Source of the DNA: a virus
Taxonomy: Duplodnaviria; Caudoviricetes
Direction: 5' to 3' (one strand)
DNA length: 64,000 nt
Virus record (IMG/VR): IMGVR_UViG_3300037423_000611
Location: 1-64,000 of that record
In this document: piece after piece, positions 8,424-20,400 of the stretch
Position numbering within the stretch: position 1 is the first letter of the stretch
Layout of the letters: the number at the start of each line of letters is the position of its first letter
The notes under the pieces: model-generated
What the model was told of the DNA's origin: nothing
The model's database searches: none
Seen by the model: the letters and a program-made list of their open reading frames with translations, nothing else
Position numbers and translations under genes: made by a program

Positions 8424-11400
8424 TCATGCCAATCTATTTCCTGAAGCAGTGATAGTTCCCGTCCCGCTATCTGATATCGTTGCCGTTGCGCCAGCCGTGT
8501 ATAAATCATTATTTGTAATAATATTTCCAGTACATAAGGAAGCAATATTAACACCATATCTTGGTTGATTAGTTAAGGTTCCTTTTCTAAAAATATTACT
8601 CTGTACGTTATTATAACTTGCATTACCAGTTATAATAAGATTGTCGTAAGTATTATTAGCTTGTTGGCTATTTGCTGTAATTGTATTACCGTTAATGTTA
8701 TTATGAGCAGAATTTTGTTCTATTATTAAGCCTTCTTTATTATTTTCTGAGAAAGTGTTTGCTGTAATGGTATTATAATTTGAATTATATATATGAATTC
8801 CACGATCTGAGTTCTGAGAACTCGTATTCCCACTAATAGTGTTTTTATTAGAATAATATACATATATCCCATCATAAACACATCCTTTGATTGTGTTCCC
8901 AGTAATAGAATTATTGCCTCCGCCATTACTCAATAACGAAATACCATAACTACTGCTGTTGTTACAAATATTATTTGATGCTACATTTCCATAAATCCCT
9001 GTTGATATATCTACATAAAGAATCTCTACACCAGTTGAGTTATTATTGCTAATATTTGAAGAAATAGTGTTATATGATCCTTGAACCACTATTCCATCGG
9101 CTGTACAATTGGTGACGGTATTATTGGTAATAATTCCATTTGTTATGTTAGTAAGATGGATGCCTCTACCTTTCACGCTATTGATCCTTACATTATCAAT
9201 AACAACATTAGAACATGCTCCTGCCGTGTAAATACCAATAGAGGAGCCAGTGTTAGTTTGATTGATTGAATTTCCTTGTATACTTAAATTTTTTATTTGT
9301 ATATTTGTATTGCCATTGGTGGGATCAGAGTTTGTAAACATATATAACCACGTTCCACTAGCCCCCACTGAATTATTGGCTAATTTAATTATTGTTTGAT
9401 TTCCCTGCCCCTCTATTGTTATATTCGAAGGGGTAGTAATCTGACCACTGATTGTATACGTCCCATCCATCAATACTACTTTTCCGCCATTTGAAGATAT
9501 TGAGTTGATGGCGTTATTAATGGCTACTTGTGCATTAGTAGCATTAGCAGGGACTACATAATCTGCTCTTTTTGTATTATTAGATGTAGAACCATCGGCT
9601 ACAATTACTGTTGCAGGGGTTTTACTTACACTATCATAAGCAATTCCACCAATAGTTCCGGTAATGTCTCCATTAAATGTTACACTACTACTAGGTCGAT
9701 ATGGGTTTTCTTCTGTAATAGAAGGTTTTACAATATCAGATTTCAATATCCCACTTGAGTTTATATCCTGATCCACTATCCTGTATGCCTGTACACCAAA
9801 TGTGTAATATTTATTTGCAGCCACACCATAGAGGATAAAAGATCGTTTTTCAGAAGACACATAAAATACTTGTTCACTAGCAGGGGTAGTGCCAAACGTA
9901 TAAGCAAAAGATGAACTAGATTGGTATACATATATAATGAATCCATCTATGTCATACGCATTTCCCGTTCCACTATACACCCACTCGAAACTGATATCTG
10001 CACTTCCATCTGTGTTAATGGTATGGTCAACTGCTGTTGTATCTGTCAAAACTATTGAATTGGCAGGAGTTACGTTATTTCTATCGTTTCGATTGTTAAA
10101 GTTGGTGGCAGTTGTATCCCATGTAGATTTATTGGTATCTAAAATACCTTTCGCTGTATCCCCATTGTAGGCTTGAGTTGTTAATGTGGAGGCACTTACT
10201 CCGTTGACCGTCCCAGTAATATCTCCACCAAATGCTACACTCGTACTAGGTTGATATGGATTCTCAGCAGTCAAACTTGGCTTGATTATTGCTGACTTCA
10301 AAAACCCAGTGGAATTTATATCATTATCCACAGAACGGTATGCTTGGATTCCAAAGGTGTAAAAATTATTAGCAGGTACTCCATAAAGGATGAATGCTCT
10401 TTTGTCTTTGTCTACGAAGTACGACTGTTCATTGGCAGGAGTTGTACCAAATGAATAAACAGAATTACCACTAGAAGAGTAAACATACACAACAAATCCA
10501 TCAATATCATAGGTATCTCCTGTACCCGTAAAACTCCATTCAAAACTAATATCAGCAGAACCATCAGTGTTAATAATATGGTCAATGGAAGTTCCATCAT
10601 TGGCAATGGTTGGATTGGCAGGAGTAGTTGATATTCTGTCATTTCTACTATTAAAATTTAATGCTGACTGAGATACCGTTCCAGAAGCAACCGAATTTAT
10701 AGTGCCTGCGACATCCCCTTGAAAAGAAACTGTTGCGCTAGGTAAATATGGATTTTCACCTGAAAATGTAGATTTAACAATATTTGATTTTAATACACCA
10801 TCCGGTGCAACGTCATTATCTACATCCCGATAGGCTTGAATACCAAACGTATAATAGCGATCCGCAGGTACACCATGAAGAATAAACGCTCGTTTGCTTT
10901 TGTCCACTACAAAAACCTGTTCTTTTGTAACTGTTGCACCAAATGTATACGAACTATTTTGATCACTAGAATAGATAGATATAATAAATCCATCAATGTC
11001 GTATTTGTCATCTGAAGAATAATTGGGATTGAAAGTCCAGTCAAAACTTATATCTACAGAACCATCAGTATTTGTAATGTGGTCAATAGCTGTACCATCA
11101 TTAGCAAGTATGGGATCGGCAGGAATTGTAGTCTTTCTATCATTACGGGTATCAAAATTGAGTAATAAATTATCCCAATAATGCTTCTTATTAGTTAAAT
11201 CTGTGGTAGTCTGTATAGATTTATAAAGGGATTTATAAAACTTACGCTCATCAGATTCAAAACGAGAATTGGAAGTAATAGTTAGATTTATTTTTGCTTC
11301 TTCAAAGTTTGTTTCAATCTCTGTAATTTGTGCTTGAACATCTACTTTTAGTTTGTCATATTGTACAGTAACTTTATCACCCAAAACCAACTTATCCCAG

Positions 11401-13586
11401 TTTCGCTGTTCAGTGACACATGCTAGGAAATTTACAATGTCCGTTTTAATAATTAATTGTGGCACATTGATTGTTTGCATTTTCTTAACTGTTGCATTAT
11501 ATAAATCGATGTGGTCAATGTAATTTTCATCCGTCCATTCCTGTTCTATAATGAAGGGCATTAATTCTTGATATTGTTCAGTTGTAAAGTTAGCAACATT
11601 AGTGTAAGACAGATCATTATTCATAGTGGAAATTTGACTGTTGATATTAGAAATCGCCGTATTTACATTATCTATTTCCGTTTGCTTACTTGTGATTTGT
11701 GCTAATTTATTGTCAATACTATATTTATCAACAATATCTTGAATAGGTTTTGCTGACCCCACGACCAAAGGAATAGACTGATTGTATGCTGTAGTTATCG
11801 TACTCCCTTGATTTGTTTCCACTGTTACAGCAGTAGAAATATAAATGTTTGCACTAGTAACTCCCGTTGGGAATGTTGGCAAAGTAACAGTTAACTGATT
11901 CCCTGAATCTACTGTGAATACTGATTCTGGACTTGGATTAGATTCCCCAAGAGAATTTACCCATGTGTACTGAACATAGTATGTTCCTATAGGAAGAGTT
12001 GAACTAGTATTTGCCGTTTGAGACAAAGTAGGTGCTGTGAATGGTGTTTGGGAAACATTTGTGGCGTATGCAGTTGCGTTATATTCTGCATCTGTGATTT
12101 TTACAACGACAATTTGAACATCTACATTGGTAGCAGTTCCATTTACTACTACAGACGCAACAGTTGTATTGGTAAGTTTACCTAATAAAGTCCATGTATT
12201 TGCCGTTAGTGTTTTGGATGTTCCATTTAGCGTCACATTTAAGTTAGTAGTGGAAGATACTTTCATTAATACAGCATATTTATTTGTGTTTATCAGGGTT
12301 GCAGCATTTGTTGTTAAAGTGCCATTATATGTATAATTAAAATTTGTGAGAGTATTACTCTGTTGTTGTACATATAATGTGTCTAAAATTTGTGATTTTT
12401 GCAATTGTAGACTAGACATCTCGTCTTGCTTTTGTGTGAGTAAAACTTGATTGTCTTGTAATTGATACATCAACTTCCCAAACGTACCATCTTTATATTT
12501 ACTAATTGCATCTCCAATAGTTTGACCAGTGATTGTGGTAACTGTGAAATTATTTGCATCCACAACTGTTACTTTACTGTATACATTTCCTCTGCTACCA
12601 TTTGAAATATAGTCTCCAGTAACTAAACCATGATTTGTTATGTTTATATTAGTTGCAGTAGTTCCTGTTTCCGCATAAGATGTGGTTGGTTGTTTGGTTA
12701 AGAGTTTTGCATTATAGTCAAGTATGGCGTGAGATAATGAGTCTGAAAGGTAATCACTACTTTTAAGTACATTTCTATTTGAATCACGTTGAAATGGTTG
12801 TAAGAAATAACTAAAATCATCAATTTCAACTGAACCTGTTGGATTCGCCAATTGAATAGTCAATCCATCTTTACCACTTGGCTTCAAACGGGTACAAATT
12901 TCATCTAGATTACTTTCATTATTTAACCCTTGTAAATACTGACCATACATAATTCTAAAGCCTTTATCTTGACCTATGCTTTCAGGTTTATACATATTTA
13001 CTTTTCTAAGTTCAGTATCATATGTCGCAATAGCATTATTAAATGTTTCTGCCACTTGAAGCACCATGTCTAACTTACTTTTGCTAGATACATCAAATGA
13101 GCGATATAGTAGGTCTAAGTCAGGATCAATGTAACCCACAGTCCAAGAGGTATCCGTTAATATCTCATTTAAAACTTGAGTACAATTATAGGAAGTAACT
13201 TTATAATTCCGCAATAGTTTATATTTAAGTTCATAGCCCAATGACATACATTGAACTTGTAATTCATCTTTGTCACTAGACATGACTTTTGTAATCTTTG
13301 TGATGATATACCATTCATTTGAAGTTCCTATTAAGGCTTTAACAAGGTATTTTTCCTTGATGTTATCAATATACGGTGTTCGAATTAATACATGATTCAT
13401 ATCAATTTGATATGGAACTGTAAAATTCAATTCATTAATTTTCGAAAGTATTAGTTTGTTATTTTTATTGTAAGCATGTGTAATTTTTGCGATAATTGTT
13501 CTGTTGGTATCAGGTTTAGCCAAAAACAAATCTATTTGTTGAACTTTTTTATTCAAATCCAAATCTCCGAGAGCCATTCTATACAA
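8424..13586 (-). CDS. Tail spike/central fibre: N-terminal prophage tail (Tal-like) domain, three internal ~170-aa repeats, C-terminal right-handed beta-helix (putative depolymerase)
   Basis: Follows Dit; repeated NxRNDR...IDH..NTDGS.DISF.W units; parallel beta-helix repeats (I.NNT..N...GI). Confidence 0.85.
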   Translation of the reverse strand: MYRMALGDLDLNKKVQQIDLFLAKPDTNRTIIAKITHAYNKNNKLILSKINELNFTVPYQIDMNHVLIRTPYIDNIKEKYLVKALIGTSNEWYIITKITKVMSSDKDELQVQCMSLGYELKYKLLRNYKVTSYNCTQVLNEILTDTSWTVGYIDPDLDLLYRSFDVSSKSKLDMVLQVAETFNNAIATYDTELRKVNMYKPESIGQDKGFRIMYGQYLQGLNNESNLDEICTRLKPSGKDGLTIQLANPTGSVEIDDFSYFLQPFQRDSNRNVLKSSDYLSDSLSHAILDYNAKLLTKQPTTSYAETGTTATNINITNHGLVTGDYISNGSRGNVYSKVTVVDANNFTVTTITGQTIGDAISKYKDGTFGKLMYQLQDNQVLLTQKQDEMSSLQLQKSQILDTLYVQQQSNTLTNFNYTYNGTLTTNAATLINTNKYAVLMKVSSTTNLNVTLNGTSKTLTANTWTLLGKLTNTTVASVVVNGTATNVDVQIVVVKITDAEYNATAYATNVSQTPFTAPTLSQTANTSSTLPIGTYYVQYTWVNSLGESNPSPESVFTVDSGNQLTVTLPTFPTGVTSANIYISTAVTVETNQGSTITTAYNQSIPLVVGSAKPIQDIVDKYSIDNKLAQITSKQTEIDNVNTAISNINSQISTMNNDLSYTNVANFTTEQYQELMPFIIEQEWTDENYIDHIDLYNATVKKMQTINVPQLIIKTDIVNFLACVTEQRNWDKLVLGDKVTVQYDKLKVDVQAQITEIETNFEEAKINLTITSNSRFESDERKFYKSLYKSIQTTTDLTNKKHYWDNLLLNFDTRNDRKTTIPADPILANDGTAIDHITNTDGSVDISFDWTFNPNYSSDDKYDIDGFIISIYSSDQNSSYTFGATVTKEQVFVVDKSKRAFILHGVPADRYYTFGIQAYRDVDNDVAPDGVLKSNIVKSTFSGENPYLPSATVSFQGDVAGTINSVASGTVSQSALNFNSRNDRISTTPANPTIANDGTSIDHIINTDGSADISFEWSFTGTGDTYDIDGFVVYVYSSSGNSVYSFGTTPANEQSYFVDKDKRAFILYGVPANNFYTFGIQAYRSVDNDINSTGFLKSAIIKPSLTAENPYQPSTSVAFGGDITGTVNGVSASTLTTQAYNGDTAKGILDTNKSTWDTTATNFNNRNDRNNVTPANSIVLTDTTAVDHTINTDGSADISFEWVYSGTGNAYDIDGFIIYVYQSSSSFAYTFGTTPASEQVFYVSSEKRSFILYGVAANKYYTFGVQAYRIVDQDINSSGILKSDIVKPSITEENPYRPSSSVTFNGDITGTIGGIAYDSVSKTPATVIVADGSTSNNTKRADYVVPANATNAQVAINNAINSISSNGGKVVLMDGTYTISGQITTPSNITIEGQGNQTIIKLANNSVGASGTWLYMFTNSDPTNGNTNIQIKNLSIQGNSINQTNTGSSIGIYTAGACSNVVIDNVRINSVKGRGIHLTNITNGIITNNTVTNCTADGIVVQGSYNTISSNISNNNSTGVEILYVDISTGIYGNVASNNICNNSSSYGISLLSNGGGNNSITGNTIKGCVYDGIYVYYSNKNTISGNTSSQNSDRGIHIYNSNYNTITANTFSENNKEGLIIEQNSAHNNINGNTITANSQQANNTYDNLIITGNASYNNVQSNIFRKGTLTNQPRYGVNIASLCTGNIITNNDLYTAGATATISDSGTGTITASGNRLA

Positions 13587-13591
13587 CTCCT

Positions 13592-14374
13592 TTATCCTTG
13601 CATTAAACGATAACTATATCTAAACTGTAATTTACAGTTACCTTTTACTAAGAGATTGTTAACTCCAACTAGCAATTCAAGCCAATTATTATTAAAATTG
13701 CTATAACGGTATTGTCCAACAACATCTGTTGTTATGAATTGATTAAAGTTATCAATGTATACTGTCTCGTTGGCATTCAAACTTACAAATTTAAACTCAA
13801 TATTTCCATTACTTTGATTAAATATAGAGACTGTTTGGTTGGCAGTAATATTGGTAATCCATATTTCTGGATATAGAGACAAATCCCCATTGTTCGTAAA
13901 TGTCAGTGTCGTTCCTGCTACTGGATTAGATGAATAATCGTATAATGGACTTGCATAGATTGGACTATAAGCGTAAGCATCAGAGCATCTAAACTTAAGT
14001 TTTACATACCCTTGTTTTAGACTGTTATGCACTAATGTTGGACTGTCAACTACAACTGCCCAAAATATTCGGTCTGGATTATCTGAAAAATATAAAGGCT
14101 TATAATAGGACTTCAATAGCCATTGACCTATTTTACGAATAGAAGTATTATCCCACGAATCTATAAAGGCAAATTCAACTTCAAACTCAAGTGGTTTTTC
14201 TCTTATTTCTTGAAAGTATGGTACAGTTCTTCCACGCACAGTTTGTTCTAGTATTTCACGTCCATTTGAAAAGGGCTCTTCTTGCATACCAGAAGATACG
14301 TTGACATTGTAAAGTCCCATAGTGGCACTAGACACTCCATCATAAGTAAAATCCAAAGATTCTCTAATAGTCAT
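13592..14374 (-). CDS. Distal tail protein (Dit)
   Basis: Follows tape measure; YKPLYFSDNPDRIFWA, NNGDLSLYPEIWI, GVNNL motifs. Confidence 0.85.
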   Translation of the reverse strand: MTIRESLDFTYDGVSSATMGLYNVNVSSGMQEEPFSNGREILEQTVRGRTVPYFQEIREKPLEFEVEFAFIDSWDNTSIRKIGQWLLKSYYKPLYFSDNPDRIFWAVVVDSPTLVHNSLKQGYVKLKFRCSDAYAYSPIYASPLYDYSSNPVAGTTLTFTNNGDLSLYPEIWITNITANQTVSIFNQSNGNIEFKFVSLNANETVYIDNFNQFITTDVVGQYRYSNFNNNWLELLVGVNNLLVKGNCKLQFRYSYRLMQG

Positions 14375-14400
14375 AGATTTTCTACTCCTTTCTATAAAAT

Positions 14401-14428
14401 AAAAAAGGAGTAGAGTAATCTACTCCTC
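14401..14428 (-). terminator. Rho-independent terminator after tape measure
   Basis: GAGGAGTAGA-TTAC-TCTACTCCTT followed by T-tract on minus strand. Confidence 0.7.
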
Positions 14429-17400
14429 AAATGTTACCTCCCCATTTCTTAACTTCGGTTACAACCTTAGAAAATAACCAATCCGCACCCTTCTGATCAC
14501 CTGAAATAGTATTTCCTGTAATATTGATATTGATTGTCTTTCCATCACCTACCGCAGCAGATGGCGAGAGTGTTGGTAAAGAAGGTAATCGTAAATAGTT
14601 TGCTAAATTCCTAACAATATCTACAGTTTTCAATATGTTAGAAGTATCGAATTTATTAAGAACTAGTTCCTTTTCATGTAATAAAGCAATCTTGCCATCA
14701 GACCCCCAACTCGGTGTCATCCCCCCAGTGTCGTACCCTTTTGCACCCGCTGCATGTAAAGCAGAAGACAAGTTACTGTATGAATTCCCTCCATAACTCC
14801 ATCCACTTGAAGTTTGGGTGACTCCATCTGATGAACTACTACCACTATGACTTGAAGAAGACCCTGAAGATGAACTATTAGATGATGAATGACTTCCCTC
14901 AGACGAAGAAGAACTGCTTCCAGATGAATAGTTGCCACCATTATGTTGAGATTCATTATAAAACACTGTACCTGCTGGAATTGTAACTCCATCGATTACC
15001 GTATCTTTAAGAACAGTAGTCGCTCCGTCACTATTAACTGATACCGAATCAGAAGGAAACGATGCGCCACCTACAGAAACGCCACCTTGTAGTGGTAACT
15101 GTAATTGTTGTTGAATTTGAAGATTTAATTGTTGAAGCATCGCTAAATTTTGCTGTGCTTCTTTAAGTTTGTCAATCAATCCATTCTTGATGTTTTCTCC
15201 TATACCAGACATAGTGCCACTTAAAGATGAAGTGAAACGATTTAAATCAGACATTACCGAATCTAAATGACCTTGCATGATTTGCTCTCGAATCTGTGCA
15301 AATTTACGCTCGTCACCAATTAAATCATCATACATTTTTTCTGTGGCAGTTTTTTGTTTGTCTAGGGAATCCTTAGTGGCATTATATTTATCATCTTCTG
15401 CCTTTTTCTTATCTTCTGCTTCATTTTTATTAGTGTCGAGAATATCTTGTAGAGTTTTCTTACGAATATCTTTCTCATGGTCATGCTTTAACTTTTGAAT
15501 TTCCTGATCTTGTTTTAATAAATCCTTTTGTAATTCGTCACGTTGCTTTTTACCTTCAGGACTATTATCCAAGTTAAGGAGATTCAATTTATTTTGTGTT
15601 TCTTGACGCTCTTTTTCTTTTTGCGCTAATTCTTGAGCATATACTTCAGCAGAATACTGATCGTCAATTAACTTTAATTTTGCACTGACTACATCTTCAA
15701 ACTTTTTCTGCTCGTATTCTAAATTCTCAACGTAAGTTTTATGACGTAAATCTTCTGCTTTAACTTGTTCCTCAATAGCATCAACAGCAGCTTTTTTCTG
15801 TGCCTCGTAAATTTTCTTGTAAGCGTCAATGACTTCATCAGCAATCTTCGATTTCTCTTCATTAATGTCATGTTGAAGTTGGAATGATTTTGTCTGAGAG
15901 TCGATTAAATCCTTCTCAAGTTTCTTACGTTCATCTTCAGAAAGTTTTTGTGTGTCAAGAGTATTTCGGATGGACTTTTGATATTCTTGCTCAAGAGCAA
16001 TTTTCTTAGATGTTAGAAGTAAGATTTGTTGCGTTTCATCAGTATATTGCTGTGAAGTTTGGTCGAATAAGTCACGTTGCGTTTTATGTAAGTTGACTTC
16101 TTGATCAATGGAGTCGATGAGTTCACGTTGGGCTTGTAACTGACTTTCAACTTGGTCAACCTTTATCTTGCTAATTTGTTGTTCATAATTCCACCAAGAA
16201 ATTCCAAGTTCAGTTAACTTCTCATTTAGTGAATCTACTTGAACGGCAGTCAATTTGTGTTGCTCATCTGCTTCTTCATTGGCTTTTAATGTATTTCTTA
16301 TTGACTCAGCTTCCAAATGCAAGTTGTCTTGTTTTTGCTTTAGTAATGGAATTTGCTTACCTAATTCAACACGATACTCTTGAGAAGTGTTATTATATTG
16401 AAATAAATGAGAGTTAGATGCCTCGATATCTTTATCTAGAAGTTGGTTAGCATGTTCAAATTCTTCAAGTTGAGAAGTAACTTGCTCGAAGTCTAGATTC
16501 TTCAACTCTTGTTTCCACTGGTCAATAGACTTCTTGCGTTCAAGTAGAGTTTTCTGGAAGTCGGCATCAGATACAGCGTCTTTCCCTGTGGTAATTCCAC
16601 CAAGTTGACCATAAAACTTGGATACACCATTTGCCCAATCCGAATTCATGTTGTTAGGGTCATTGTCAGCACCAATTGGAGCGTACTTCTTCTGAATATC
16701 AGAAATAGACGTTAAACCTTGTTGAATATAATTTCTAGCAAGATTAGACACCATTGCATAGATACCTTCTGAAAGGTTATCAAAATGCATCTTACCGGAA
16801 GATGTCATCATACCACCAACATTGTTATAGTTGGTGTTTGAGCCATTTCCAGTTTCGTGCATAGAAATAGCCATAGCAAGTAGGGGATCTACACCGAATT
16901 TATTGGCTGCTTCAACAAATGTAGATTCGTAACCTGAGAGATTACCACCAAGTTTACCGGATGCAGAAGTGACACCATTGTTGGATTGAACAAGTTTCTT
17001 CCCACTAACCGCTTTTCCCGTTTTCTCCATAGTCGCCAAGTCTTTTTCAGCAAGAGCTATTTTATCTTCAATAGCCTTTTTCTCTGCTGCCAGGGCTTTG
17101 CGATATTCTTCGGAGTATTTAGGGTAATCTTGGAGTTGGTTTTTGATGGCATCTAGGGCTATATCGAGTTTGTTAATTGCGAGAGTGTAAGCATCGGTTG
17201 CTTGGGTGGATTTGTTGGTTTCTTTAGGGTCTGCTAGAAGAGCATCTTTGACAGAAGAAAGATAGGTACTTTGATTTTTTAATGCTTCAAGTTGTTTATT
17301 TAAATTATTAAGTTCTGTGACTCTTCCTGATCTTCTTCTTTCATCTTCCGTCATTAATGTGCTTTGTGTATTTGCTGCATTAATCCTTTTTTGAAGTTGA

Positions 17401-20400
17401 TCTATATATTCGTCTGTCTTGTTCTTTTCATCATCAATCCACTTGATATTTTGTTCTTTTGCATTTTTGATATAATCAATAACTGCATCTTTACCTTTAG
17501 AAAGGACACTTGCAAAATCTTGATGTTTTACAATTAACTTATCTAGTGTCTCAGCGGAGATATGACCTTGATCACGCATTTCAGTAAATGCTTTATTAAG
17601 AATATCTATTTCTTTACTAGACTCTTCTACTCTTTGAGTCAAAGCACCAAGTGCCGAAGTTTTTTCAGATGTTTCGTCATTTTCTTGAACTGCATTTATA
17701 TTCTTTTTTAATGCGTCTGTGGCGCTGACAACGCCATTTTTAAAATCCTCAATAGCCTTTTGCCTATCTTCGATTCCTTTTTTTTGGGCTAGTAAATCAT
17801 CTTGTTTTTGTAAAGCCTTAGACAATTCTGGAGCCTTGGACATGTAAACAGAAATTTCAGAAACATATTTACCAAATTCTTCGTACGCCTGATTAGAACG
17901 GTCATTCAGTTGATCGACCAGAGATGTATTGCCAACTTTCCTAGCATCCTCTATTTGTTGGTTGTATAATTTTTGTCTTTCTTTATACTCAGTTTTAGCA
18001 TCTTCAATCGCTTGAACATGATATTTCTGTTGATATTGATAAATATCGTCAGATGTATTTTTCATTTTTGATTCATATTCATCGATATCTTTTTTGTTCT
18101 TCTCTAAATCATTGTTGACAATACTTAAATCAAGTTTGTTTTTCAAGTCTGCGTTCTTAAGTTGCTCATCACTCATCTTCTTTAATGTATCTGTGAACTG
18201 TTTGGCTTTAGTCGCATTGATATCTAATGAGTCTCCATACTTACCCATACTTTCGACAAGTTGAGGAGCGATGGATTTAATTTGTTGCATAACTTGATTT
18301 AATTCGTCTTGTTTTTGTTTATTATTTTCTGCTTGAGGTTTTAATTCGTTATACTTTTGAACTAATTTATCAATGTTGTCTGCTGTTTCTCTAGTTTTTA
18401 ATCCATTTTCCATTAAGGATTGTGCGCTGCTATCAGCAGATTTAGAAACACTCATGAAAGATGCTCCCAAAGTTTCAAGAGCAACCAAAGTAATACCAAT
18501 CCATCCAGCAGATAATTTTGCAACTTTGAATGCTTCAGATAAAAATATAATAGCTTTACCTAATCCATATACGCCTGCTGCAATAATTGGAAGTTTGACA
18601 TTCCATCCGTCTGTCGCTTTTGTAAATTCAGTGAATCCATGAGTTAAACTTGTAACAGCATCAATTGTCCCTCTAAAAATATTAGTTAAACCAGAACCAC
18701 CAACAACAAGACTCAATTCAGTCCAATTAGTCTTTAGTTTATTAATGGACGCTTCGATACTTTGAAGATAACGTTCATTTTCTTGAGTTGCCGAACCAAA
18801 AGATTTTAGAGATTTTTCCGAAGCGTTAGTGGCTATTTGAAAATTGTCGAATAAGGCAAGAAACCTCGTTAATTGAAATCTACCAGCCTCAGCAACAGCA
18901 ATATTTTCTTTCTGTGTGCTCGTGAGTGAATTCCAACGAGTGGCCAAATCTTTAATAATGTCATCGACTTTTCTAACTTCACCTGTATATTTATCAAATA
19001 CATCAACACCTACAGCAGATAGAGCATTTACAGATTGATCAGAAGAAAATCGGGAGAAAATTGTTTTTAAAGAGTTACCAATTACATTACCCGATTCTCT
19101 GGTAACTGAACCTATTGCGGTTATATATCCCAAGACATTATCAATACTTGCCCCATAGGTGTGCGCTGTAGCTGCGCTTTTACTTAAAGCATCACTTAGC
19201 GTTTTAGTATCAACAGCAAAGTTGTTAGAAACATTATTTAATTTGTCAACTATTGTTATTGAATCTTTAGCTGCAATACCGAAAGATATCATTGTTGCAG
19301 TGAGGTTATCCATCGATTCCTTTGCACTTAATTCACTAACGTTTGTTTGAAGCATTGCGGTATGAGTCATAGCAAGTGCATCTGCTGCGCTATAGCCTTG
19401 TTGTGCAAAGCCAATAAGAGCCTCATTTGTATCTGATAAAGATTTTCCTAATTCATTACTTATTTGTAAACTACCTTGTAGAATTTGATTCATGTTAGTT
19501 CCAGCATCCATAACACGAGACAATTGTGTCATTTGTGTGTCTATTTCTTTGATTGTGTCCAACATTGAATGTAGTGCTCGTTGCGCTCCAAATACCAAAC
19601 CACCACCAACAGACCAAAGAAACATTGAGGATATTGCGTGACTAACTTTCCCTGAAATTGAGTTTGCTGTTTCAGTAGCATCAACTTTTAATAATTTCAA
19701 TTCTTGTCTAAGTTTAACTAATTCTGTTTCTGCGCTTACGCTTGCAGGATTTATTTCTCTTATACGTGAGACTAAGTTTTCAAGTTGTTTAGTATCAATA
19801 TTACCATGATAAGATGCTTGAGCCTGTTTTGCTGCAATAAGTAAATCTTCTTGAGACTTTGTGTTATTTTGAGACTGTTTTTGCAACTGCTCTGCTTGTT
19901 TTACTTCGTCTTTTTGAATCTTAATTATTTCGTTTTGTTTTCTTTGTTCTTCTTGAATGGCTAAATCAGCCAATTTCTTCCTTATATTTTGCTCTTCTTT
20001 AAGAACAGATTCCCTTTCTGCTTCTGCTTTTTTTGCTAACTTAACCTCATTATCAAATTCTTTTTGTGCTTCTTGATCTTTCTTTTGTTGATACTTCAAT
20101 TCATTTTGAAATAATTGTTCATTTAATTTATCTGATTGGTCGAGTATTGTTTTAGCAGATAATAAAAATTGCGTATCATATGAACCATTTTTGTTGGCAA
20201 CATACAATGGCGTATATTTCATTTTTTCAATAATGCCATTTGTTTTCTCTAATTCGATGTTGTAATTTTTAATTCTGCCCGTTTCTTCATCAATATTTGT
20301 TTTGATTTTAACTTGACCAAGTTTTTTATATTCGTTTTCAATATCTTGAATAGTTATTTTGATATCTCTGCCATCTTGTTTAAGTTTTTCTATGTATTCA

